32,453 nt of DNA, from assembly GCA_965602795.1 (NCBI GenBank), contig CBFCZR010000003.1, positions 1-32,453 on the forward strand, written 5' to 3'. The notes beneath the pieces are model-generated. The model did no database searches, was not told the DNA's origin, and worked only from the letters and a program-made list of their open reading frames with translations. This document shows, in pieces, positions 1 through 7,928 of this stretch. Source of the stretch: Candidatus Bathyarchaeota archaeon. GTDB taxonomy: Archaea > Thermoproteota > Bathyarchaeia > Bathyarchaeales > Bathyarchaeaceae. Both the position numbers and the translations under genes were made by a program. How positions within the stretch are numbered: the stretch's first letter is position 1; every line of letters starts with the position of its first letter.

Positions 1-615
1 AGAATCTTGATGGACACAAGCGGCTCCTCTGATGTTCTGTCCAAGAATGTGAGGAAACTTGAAGTTGACCTTTCGGATGTTGAAGCCGTGTTTATTTCAC
101 ACTGGCACATGGACCACTGCGGCTGCTTAAGCCATGTTCTCCCCTTGTTGAGGCCGCAGACTCCAGTTTATGTGCCCTCTGAACACCCTTCTGGGATTAA
201 GACGATAAGGGAGGCTGAGGGAACTCCGGTTGTTTGCTCTGACCCTGTGTCTCTTATGGATGGGGTTATGTCGACAGGCGAGATGATGGGGGGATTAAGG
301 GAGCATTCGCTGGTGATTAACCTGAAAGGCAAGGGTTTAGTGGTCTTAGCAGGTTGCGCTCATCCCGGAATTGTGAACATTGTTAAACGTGCGCAGCAGG
401 TCAGCGGAGTATCAAAGGTGTATGCAGTTATGGACGGTTTTCACATTTCCAGTAAACGCGAAGGAGAATACGTAGCGGAATCTTTACAAAAAATGGGCGT
501 CAGACTAGTTTCTCCTTGTCACTGCACTGGCGCTAACGCAAGAAACGCTATCGCAGACAGCATGAAGGACAAATGCCAAAAAAATGGCTCAGGAAAAGTT
601 TGGACAATCAATTAA
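1..615 (+). CDS. MBL-fold metallo-hydrolase (COG1237/MJ0301-like), 5'-truncated by the window edge
   Basis: Frame is open from base 1 (RILMDTS..). Metal motif SHWHMDH, plus GCAHPG, GFH and PCHCTG typical of this family. Confidence 0.85.
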   Translation, partial: RILMDTSGSSDVLSKNVRKLEVDLSDVEAVFISHWHMDHCGCLSHVLPLLRPQTPVYVPSEHPSGIKTIREAEGTPVVCSDPVSLMDGVMSTGEMMGGLREHSLVINLKGKGLVVLAGCAHPGIVNIVKRAQQVSGVSKVYAVMDGFHISSKREGEYVAESLQKMGVRLVSPCHCTGANARNAIADSMKDKCQKNGSGKVWTIN

Positions 616-764
616 GGTTTCTAGAGACAGCTCGCCTCAGATATTAAGTTAAAAATTTCGGTGCCTTCTATGGGCGATTTGGTTTGCCTAGGAGCAATAT
701 TTATAACCTGACATTCTTATTGGAAAAGACGAACTGGGAATAACACAACAGAAGGACATCAAGC

Positions 765-1772
765 ATGGGACATAGAAAAAAGCATGCTCCTAAACATGGT
801 TCATTAGCATATTTACCTAGAGGACGCGCCAAACGAACGGCGGGAAGAATCCGCTTCTGGCCCAAAGTAGAAGAGGGACCAACTTTGCTCGGATTCATGG
901 GCTACAAAGCCGGAATGACTCACATCCTCATGGTGGAGGACAAACCAAACTCCCTAGACTTCGGCAAAGAGGCATCACATCCAGCAACAGTGTTGGATGT
1001 TCCCCCAATAACCGTTTTTGCCATTCGCGCCTACACACGAGACCAGTATGGTTTACACACCTTCACCGAAGCATGGATGAAGAGTCCACCCAAAGATTTT
1101 GACCGCGCCCTTGTTTTACCTGAAAAATTCAACACTGAAGAAAAGTTGAAGAAGATTGAAGAGAACATAGAGGAAATAGCTGAGATACGCGTACTAGCTG
1201 CAACACAGCCGAGGCTCGCAGCTGTCCCTAAGAAAAAGCCAGACATCACAGAAATCAAGGTGGATGGAGGCTCAATCCAAGAACAATTCGAGTACGCAAA
1301 GGATCTGCTAGGAAAAACTGTTTCAATCACCGACGTTTTCAAGGAAGGACACTTCATGGATGTGGTGGCAGTAACAAAAGGAAAAGGCTTCCAAGGTCCA
1401 GTGAAACGGTGGGGAATCAAAATCTTGCCGCGCAAGTCCAGAAAGACCAAGCGGGGAGTAGCCGCAATCGGACCGTGGAAACCTGCAAGGGTCCTGTACA
1501 CGGTTCCCAGAGCGGGGCAGATGGGTTACCACCAAAGAACCGAATATAATAAGCGCATCCTGAAAATCGGCATCGACGGAAAAACCGTTACTCCAAATGG
1601 CGGATTCCTGAACTATGGAGAAGTAAAAGGAACATACATACTCGTGGATGGAAGCCTTCCAGGTCCAACCAAACGTCTTGTGCGGCTGCGATATCCAGTT
1701 CGTCCTCCAAAAAAGATTGCTGAAAGCCCGCCAAACATCACTTACATCTCTTTGGAGTCTATGCAAAAATAA
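765..1772 (+). CDS. rpl3: 50S ribosomal protein L3 (uL3), archaeal type
   Basis: N-terminal HGSLAYLPR, GYKAGMTH, TKGKGFQGPVKRWG, RAGQMGYHQRTEYNK. TATA-like TTTATAA near 700. Confidence 0.98.
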   Translation: MGHRKKHAPKHGSLAYLPRGRAKRTAGRIRFWPKVEEGPTLLGFMGYKAGMTHILMVEDKPNSLDFGKEASHPATVLDVPPITVFAIRAYTRDQYGLHTFTEAWMKSPPKDFDRALVLPEKFNTEEKLKKIEENIEEIAEIRVLAATQPRLAAVPKKKPDITEIKVDGGSIQEQFEYAKDLLGKTVSITDVFKEGHFMDVVAVTKGKGFQGPVKRWGIKILPRKSRKTKRGVAAIGPWKPARVLYTVPRAGQMGYHQRTEYNKRILKIGIDGKTVTPNGGFLNYGEVKGTYILVDGSLPGPTKRLVRLRYPVRPPKKIAESPPNITYISLESMQK

Positions 1773-1785
1773 ATGGTGACAAAAT

Positions 1786-2568
1786 ATGGGTAAGATTTCA
1801 GCTAAAGTTTTTGATCTGAAAGGCGAAGAAGTGTCCACAGTTAATCTTCCTCAGGTCTTCCATACGCCCAGCAGACCAGACGTAATAAAGCGGGCGGTGG
1901 TTACAATTCAGTCTCACCGTTTTCAGCCGCAAGGCAGAGACCCCATGGCAGGAAAACGAACAACAGCAGAATCACGAGGAACCGGTTTGGGAATATCACG
2001 CATGCCCCGAATGAAGGAAAGGGGACAACGAGCCGCATTCGCCCCAGGCACCGTAGGCGGCAGGTCAGCTCATCCTCCTGTGGCTGAAAAGAAAATAAGA
2101 AAGAAGATTCCCAAAAAGGAGATGCGTTTAGCCTTGCGTTCAGCAATCGCCGCAACAGGGTCAAAAGAGATTGTGGCTTCTAGAGGGCACATGGTGGATG
2201 ATGTTCCCGATTTTCCGCTGGTTGTTGTGGATGAGATTCAAACCTTGAAAAGAACCAAGGACATTGAGGAAGCCCTCATCAACATTGGAGTATGGTCAGA
2301 CATCTTTCGGGTCAAAGAAAGCCGGAAGATTAGAGCGGGCAAAGGAAAGATGCGGGGACGAAAGATGAAACAGGCTATTGGTCCTCTGCTGGTCATAACC
2401 AAAAACGAGGGCGTGGCTGAGGCAGCTCGAAACCTTCCCGGAATAGAGGTTGCTTCAGTTGAGAACTTGAACGCTGAACTGTTAGCGCCTGGAACTCATT
2501 CGGGGAGATTGACGGTTTGGACGAATTCAGCTCTTGAGAAAGTAGAGAAGGTTTTTGGAGGAAAATAG
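1786..2568 (+). CDS. rpl4: 50S ribosomal protein L4 (uL4)
   Basis: QPQGRDPMAG, AFAPGTVGGR.AHPP, RAGKGKMRGR, LAPGTHSGRLTVWT. Follows rpl3. Confidence 0.98.
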   Translation: MGKISAKVFDLKGEEVSTVNLPQVFHTPSRPDVIKRAVVTIQSHRFQPQGRDPMAGKRTTAESRGTGLGISRMPRMKERGQRAAFAPGTVGGRSAHPPVAEKKIRKKIPKKEMRLALRSAIAATGSKEIVASRGHMVDDVPDFPLVVVDEIQTLKRTKDIEEALINIGVWSDIFRVKESRKIRAGKGKMRGRKMKQAIGPLLVITKNEGVAEAARNLPGIEVASVENLNAELLAPGTHSGRLTVWTNSALEKVEKVFGGK

Positions 2569-2569
2569 T

Positions 2570-2830
2570 TTGGATCCCTACAAAACTATCCGATATCCGG
2601 TTATGACAGAGGTTACAAGCCGCATACTTGAGTCGGAAAACAAACTCGTGTTCATTGTCAACCAAAAGGCTACGAAAAGAGACATCAGAATGGCGGTGGA
2701 GGAGCTTTATGATGTGGTAGTGGACAAGGTCAACTCTGCCATAACTCCTGAAGGCGAAAAAAAGGCTTTTGTGAAACTTCACCCCGACTACAGAGCGGTG
2801 GATGTTGCCATCAAGCTAGGAATCCTCTAG
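2570..2830 (+). CDS. rpl23: 50S ribosomal protein L23 (uL23)
   Basis: YPVMTE, ENKLVFIV, ATKRDI, KVNS, GEKKAFVKL. TTG at 2570 behind GGAGG is preferred over 2555. Confidence 0.96.
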   Translation: MDPYKTIRYPVMTEVTSRILESENKLVFIVNQKATKRDIRMAVEELYDVVVDKVNSAITPEGEKKAFVKLHPDYRAVDVAIKLGIL

Positions 2831-2855
2831 AGCAGAGGAACTTCTGGTTTTTAGG

Positions 2856-3587
2856 ATGTCAGCATCTTCCAAAATTTTTCCCGCCACAGTGTTTCTGTTA
2901 GTTGTTGTAACTTCTCTGATTCTTCTTCTCTATCCTGAACTCATATATGATATTCTAATATGGGTGATAGGGTCTTTCCAAGCTGGAGGGCTACCTCTCC
3001 TGTTTGGCATGATGATTATACAGGCCATAGCTATCCCTGTTCCCTCTGAGCTTGTTCTGATTGCTGGAGGATTAGCCTTCGAATTCCCGTTCGGATGGAT
3101 TGTTGGCGCATTAGGATCAATAGTTGCTGCTATGTTAGGCTTCTACATCTCCCGAAAAGGCGGAAGGTCACTTGCCATCCGATTTGTTGGCGAGAAAGGA
3201 ATCAAGTTTGCGGATAACTGGTTTAACAGGTGGGGTGTTTGGGCGGTTCTTCTGGGAAGGTTTGCGCCCTTCATACCCTTTGATGCCATATCCTACAGTG
3301 CAGGCTTAACTACAATGAAATTGAAGAATTTCATGATTCCCACAATAATAGGCACGTTGCCTCGAGCCCTTTTTTACACTTCTTTGGGGAACTTTTTTGG
3401 CGTAACATTCCAACAACTTCTAGACCACTATAGAGAATTTGGGGAAATACCTCCAGAACTTCAGAGCATGGTTACTCAGTTCAATTATGTTCTGCTGGGA
3501 GTGGTTGCAGTGATAGCTGTGATTTTTGTGGCATACACTGTTGTAACCAGAAGGTACACAGCGAAGAAAGAAACTAAAAGTATTTAA
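2856..3587 (+). CDS. VTT/DedA (TVP38/TMEM64, SNARE-associated) family membrane protein
   Basis: PVPSELVLIAGG, G..GSIVAAMLGFYISRKGGR, LLGRFAPFIPFDAISYSAGLT; several hydrophobic helices. Confidence 0.9.
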   Translation: MSASSKIFPATVFLLVVVTSLILLLYPELIYDILIWVIGSFQAGGLPLLFGMMIIQAIAIPVPSELVLIAGGLAFEFPFGWIVGALGSIVAAMLGFYISRKGGRSLAIRFVGEKGIKFADNWFNRWGVWAVLLGRFAPFIPFDAISYSAGLTTMKLKNFMIPTIIGTLPRALFYTSLGNFFGVTFQQLLDHYREFGEIPPELQSMVTQFNYVLLGVVAVIAVIFVAYTVVTRRYTAKKETKSI

Positions 3588-3638
3588 AACGGAGTTCCAT
3601 CTGTAGAACCTGAATGTTCCAAAGGAAGATGTTACATA

Positions 3639-4376
3639 TTGGGTAAACGAATTCGAGTTCAAAGACGCGGAAGAGGAACCTCAACGTTTAAGGCATCAAC
3701 CCACAAGAGAGTGGCTCCTGCTCAGTATCCTCCAATGTCAACCAAACAACAAGAAGGATTCATCCACGGTCAAGTCAAAGACATAGTCCACGACCCTGGA
3801 AGAGGAGCTCCTATGGTCGCCGTGAAGCTTGAGACCGGCGAAACCTACTACTCGGTGGTTCCAGAAGGCGTATATGAGGGACAGCCTACCCAAATCGGCA
3901 GCAAAGCCGCTGTGGAGATAGGAAACGTTCTTCCTTTAGGTAAGATTCCTGAAGGCACCATGGTCTGCAGCATCGAGCTTTCCCCCGGAGATGGAGGCAA
4001 AATGGCGCGTTCCTCAGGAGCCTACGCAACCGTCGTAGCGCACACGCCTGAGGGAACAATTTTGAAGCTTCCATCCAAAAGAACCAAGTACGTGAATGAT
4101 CTTTGCCGAGCAACAATCGGCGTAATCTCAGGAGCTGGACGTACCGAGAAGCCGTTCCTCAAGGCTGGAAGCAAGTTTCATCTTATGAAGGCTAAGGGGC
4201 ACATGTATCCTCGCACCCGGGGCATCGCAATGATTGCCGCTTCGCATCCTTATGGTAGCAGCAAGAAGGGTGGACGTAAGGTTACAACCGTGTCTCGGAA
4301 TGCTCCTCCAGGCAAAAAGGTTGGTTTAATCGCAGCAAGAAGTGCCGGTAGCAGAAGCAAAAGAAAACGAGAATAG
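3639..4376 (+). CDS. rpl2: 50S ribosomal protein L2 (uL2)
   Basis: MGKRIRVQRRGRG, IVHDPGRGAP, PGDGGKMARSSG, KPFLKAG, APPGKKVGLIAAR. Confidence 0.98.
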   Translation: MGKRIRVQRRGRGTSTFKASTHKRVAPAQYPPMSTKQQEGFIHGQVKDIVHDPGRGAPMVAVKLETGETYYSVVPEGVYEGQPTQIGSKAAVEIGNVLPLGKIPEGTMVCSIELSPGDGGKMARSSGAYATVVAHTPEGTILKLPSKRTKYVNDLCRATIGVISGAGRTEKPFLKAGSKFHLMKAKGHMYPRTRGIAMIAASHPYGSSKKGGRKVTTVSRNAPPGKKVGLIAARSAGSRSKRKRE

Positions 4377-4404
4377 TCTGTAAAGCAAAAATTGAACCAT
4401 AGAC

Positions 4405-5319
4405 TTAGAGCTTAAGTTGTAGGGTCTTCACTAGTTCTCTTTTTCTGTTTCTAATCGTGACTTCGGTTACGTTTGCGGCTTTGGCTAGCTGGCTCTGGGT
4501 TACCTTTTCTTTCAACAGTTTAGCGGCTATGTAAAGAATTGCGGCTGCTAATCCAGACGGGTCTTTACCAGCAGTGGCATATTTTTTCTTGGCCTCTATA
4601 AGGAGACGGAGAGCTAGACCCTCCACATCGCTGGAGACGCCAGCCTTCTCAGCTATTTTTGTAATATAATCTAAAGGCTTATCGATAGGCATCTTCATGT
4701 CTAATCTTCGCACGATCAAACGATAGTTCCGTGAAACTTCTTTAATGTCTTGGAAACTGGCTTCCGTGATTTCTTTTAATGTTCTGGGGTTTTTGGTAAA
4801 ACGATAAGCTGAGTAGAGCGCAGCGGCCATCATGCCTTTGATGCTGCGTCCCCGTACTAGTCCTTCGTTCAGGGCTTTGCGGTAGACAACAGCTGCCATT
4901 TCTTGAATTGAGGAGGGCGTGTTAAGTACGTCAGAGAGGCGTTGCAGTTCGTTCATAGCTTTCATTAAGTTTCTGCTTTTGGAGGCATGGATTTTTGAGC
5001 GCATCTGCCATCTTTTAAGGCGCCACATTTCTCGTTTAACTTTTGGTGACAGAGGGCGACCGAATGCATCTTTTCCCACCCGGATAACTGTGGATAAGCC
5101 TTTGTCAAAATGTGAATATTTTATGGGTGTCCCTGCTCTTACCTTAGTTTTTCTTTCTTCAGGAGTGAAAGCCCGCCATTCTGCTCCTTGATCAGCGATA
5201 TCCTCTCCAATAACAAGACCGCAGTTGCTGCAGACAAATTCGCCCATGCCCAAATCCTTGACTACTTTATCGCTCCCGCATTCTGGGCATCTGGTTTGAA
5301 CAACTTTTTGGGTTGGCAT
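4405..5319 (-). CDS. tfb: Transcription initiation factor IIB (TFB)
   Basis: Zn ribbon CPEC..CSNCG, EWRAF, two cyclin repeats (GRSI..MAAALY; GKDPSGLAAAILY), VTEVTIRNR. ATG 5319 behind AGGAG is preferred over 5367. Confidence 0.95.
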   Translation of the reverse strand: MPTQKVVQTRCPECGSDKVVKDLGMGEFVCSNCGLVIGEDIADQGAEWRAFTPEERKTKVRAGTPIKYSHFDKGLSTVIRVGKDAFGRPLSPKVKREMWRLKRWQMRSKIHASKSRNLMKAMNELQRLSDVLNTPSSIQEMAAVVYRKALNEGLVRGRSIKGMMAAALYSAYRFTKNPRTLKEITEASFQDIKEVSRNYRLIVRRLDMKMPIDKPLDYITKIAEKAGVSSDVEGLALRLLIEAKKKYATAGKDPSGLAAAILYIAAKLLKEKVTQSQLAKAANVTEVTIRNRKRELVKTLQLKL

Positions 5320-5564
5320 TATGATGTCTCTCCTATTGGAGATGAACCGCAAAAACAAGAATAACATTCTTTGCTGTTTTGCTCTTCTATATATATGTTA
5401 CGTATAATACCTTAAAAACCTTGGCTTATAACTGAGCAAAAAAAGCCTCCCTTATATATCCAGCTTGTCATAAAAACTCGAAATTTTGGTCGAAATTCCA
5501 GACCACTTTAGAGGCTGTGAAAATCGCCAACTAACACTTGAAGCTAACTGAAAGGCTATTGGAG

Positions 5565-5990
5565 TCAAGCTAGAATTCGAATGTTTTCAGCGATCTTCCG
5601 CATCTCCTCTTGGCTGATTCGGGGTCTACTCCCCATTATTGAATGTAAGGAACCTCCTTTGTCGTCTTTAAATCTTGGAACAATGTGCGCATGAACGTGA
5701 GGTATCTCCTGTCCGCTTTCTTTTCCATTGTTAATAGCTATGGTGGTAGCCTGCGCACCTACAGACTCCTGAATTGGTGCAATCATCTTGTGGATTGTGC
5801 AGAAAAAAGCTTCAGCTGTATCCTCGTCAAGTTTTTCCAACTTAGAGACGTGAGTTTTGGGAATAACCACGGTGTGCCCCTTTGCTAAGGGGTTAGCGTC
5901 CAGAAAAGCTAACGTTTTTTCATCCTCAAAGACTGTGTGCGGTTTAATGTCGCCTTTAACTATTTTGCAGAATACACAGTTGCTGCTCAT
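5565..5990 (-). CDS. HIT family (Hint/PKCI-like) nucleotide hydrolase
   Basis: CVFC, FLDANPLAKGHTVVIPK, histidine triad GQEIPHVHAHIVPR. Confidence 0.95.
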   Translation of the reverse strand: MSSNCVFCKIVKGDIKPHTVFEDEKTLAFLDANPLAKGHTVVIPKTHVSKLEKLDEDTAEAFFCTIHKMIAPIQESVGAQATTIAINNGKESGQEIPHVHAHIVPRFKDDKGGSLHSIMGSRPRISQEEMRKIAENIRILA

Positions 5991-6049
5991 TTCTATAATT
6001 CATCCCCACAATTGCGTTATTTCGAGCTTGTACATCGCCTAAACTGTCC

Positions 6050-6102
6050 ACATATATAGTGGGTTGTCAGAACTTATTTTTTTGCCTTGAAACATATATA
6101 AG
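6050..6102. promoter_or_regulatory. Back-to-back TATA boxes of the divergent HIT and ligase promoters
   Basis: ACATATATA at 6050-6058 and 6092-6100, inside a 141-bp divergent intergenic gap. Confidence 0.55.
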
Positions 6103-6131
6103 CCAACAAACGTTATTTATGAAATTGGGGC

Positions 6132-7910
6132 TTGCGACATCTTTTGAAGTTTTCTCATCTAGTTGAGGCGTTTAAAAATCTAGAGAAAACTTCGTCTCGA
6201 AACGGTATGATTGACATTCTGGCAAAACTGTTCAAGAAAGCTGCAGAAGAGAACATTGATAAAATCTGCTATTTTGTGCTCGGAAACATTGTTGCCGGCT
6301 ACAAGAATGTCAAAATGGGGATGGGCGATGAGATGGTGAAGACCGCAATTGCCTTTGCAGCCGATGTGGACGAAGACAAAGTGGAGAAGGAGATGCAACA
6401 GGTGGGCGACTTTGGTGATATTGCCTACAAGCTGGTTGGCAAGAAGGGGAAACGTTTTGAGGATTTTCTGAAAACTGAAGACCAACCCAACATCCAAGAT
6501 GTTCACAAGGGATTAATGAAGATTGCGAAGGCGGAAGGCTCCGGCTCTGTAGAGGTGAAAGAGAAGACCTTGGCTGCTTTGCTGTCCACCGCCTCTCCTG
6601 AGGAACGAATGTACATTGTCAGATTGGCTACCGGGGAGATGAGGCTGGGTGTGGGAGACATGACTGTGCTGGATGGGTTGGCTTCTGCGTTTCTGGGAAC
6701 AAAGGAGAAAAGACCGCCCTTGGAGCATGCCTACAATGTTTGCTCAGACATTGGATATGTGGCTAAAATTCTGGTTAGAAGTGGACTCGAAGGAGTGAAA
6801 CGTATAAGAATTGCTTTGAATAGGCCTATTCGACCTATGTTGGCTCAGCGAGTTTCGGAAATGTCCATGATTATGGAAAAAATTGGCTCTGATGTGGTGG
6901 CTGCTGAAGAAAAATATGATGGGGAACGGATTCAGGCTCACAAAAATGGGGACAAAGTGAAGCTGTTTTCCAGACGATTAAGTGATGTTACTGACCAGTT
7001 TCCAGAGGTGGTCAAAAGCGTTAGGGAGCATGTTAGTGTTGAAAAGGCGATATTGGATGGAGAAGTGGTTGCCTACGATTTTGACAAAAAGGAGTTTTAT
7101 CCGTTTCAGAAGTTGATGCAGCGAAGAAGAAAATACGATGTGGAAGATTATGCTGAGAAGATTCCTGTCAGGTACATGCTTTTTGATTTGTTCTACGTAG
7201 ATGGGCATTCGCACATGCGGCGGGGCTATCCTGAGCGGAGAGAAAAACTGGAGCAGATAGCTGAAACTGGAAAATACACAGAAATCACAAACAGAATTAC
7301 AAGCTCTAAGTTAGATGACATAGATGATTTCTTTCAGGATTGTCTAAAAAGGGGGTTAGAGGGGGTGGTCTGCAAATCTTGTGCAGCCAGTTCATATTAT
7401 CGGGCAGGAGCCAGAGAGTGGCTGTGGATAAAGTGGAAACAAAGTTACGCTTCGGAATTGTCTGATACATTCGATTTAGTGGTCATAGGAGCCTACGCGG
7501 GTAAAGGCAAAAGGGGCGGAACCTATGGCGCACTTTTATGTGCATCCTATAATCACCAAGAAGATGTGTATCAGACAGCCTGCAAACTGGGGTCAGGCTT
7601 CTCTGACGAACAGCTAGATAATCTGCCTGAAAAGCTGAAAGATGCAAAGGCGAATAAGAAGCCCGCACGGATAATGGTTACCAAAGAAATGGCCCCAGAT
7701 TACTGGTTTAGTCCCAAATATGTGCTGGAAGTTTTGGCTTCAGAAATAACCAAAAGCCCAACCCATACCTGCAACTGGAATGAGGAGGAAAAACGTGGTT
7801 TGGCGTTGAGGTTTCCGCGGTTTGAAAGATGGAGACCTGAGAAGTCGCCAGAGCAAACCACAACTGTGCAGGAAATAGCGGACATGCTGGAGGATCAACT
7901 GCATAAATGA
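6132..7910 (+). CDS. lig: ATP-dependent DNA ligase, archaeal/LigI type
   Basis: N-terminal DNA-binding domain, PMLA, motif I EEKYDGERIQAH, LDGEVV, EGVVCK, WIKWK, DLVVIG, LRFPRF. Start is TTG 6132 or 6144. Confidence 0.97.
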   Translation: MRHLLKFSHLVEAFKNLEKTSSRNGMIDILAKLFKKAAEENIDKICYFVLGNIVAGYKNVKMGMGDEMVKTAIAFAADVDEDKVEKEMQQVGDFGDIAYKLVGKKGKRFEDFLKTEDQPNIQDVHKGLMKIAKAEGSGSVEVKEKTLAALLSTASPEERMYIVRLATGEMRLGVGDMTVLDGLASAFLGTKEKRPPLEHAYNVCSDIGYVAKILVRSGLEGVKRIRIALNRPIRPMLAQRVSEMSMIMEKIGSDVVAAEEKYDGERIQAHKNGDKVKLFSRRLSDVTDQFPEVVKSVREHVSVEKAILDGEVVAYDFDKKEFYPFQKLMQRRRKYDVEDYAEKIPVRYMLFDLFYVDGHSHMRRGYPERREKLEQIAETGKYTEITNRITSSKLDDIDDFFQDCLKRGLEGVVCKSCAASSYYRAGAREWLWIKWKQSYASELSDTFDLVVIGAYAGKGKRGGTYGALLCASYNHQEDVYQTACKLGSGFSDEQLDNLPEKLKDAKANKKPARIMVTKEMAPDYWFSPKYVLEVLASEITKSPTHTCNWNEEEKRGLALRFPRFERWRPEKSPEQTTTVQEIADMLEDQLHK

Positions 7911-7928
7911 AGATGGAGAGTTGAGACT

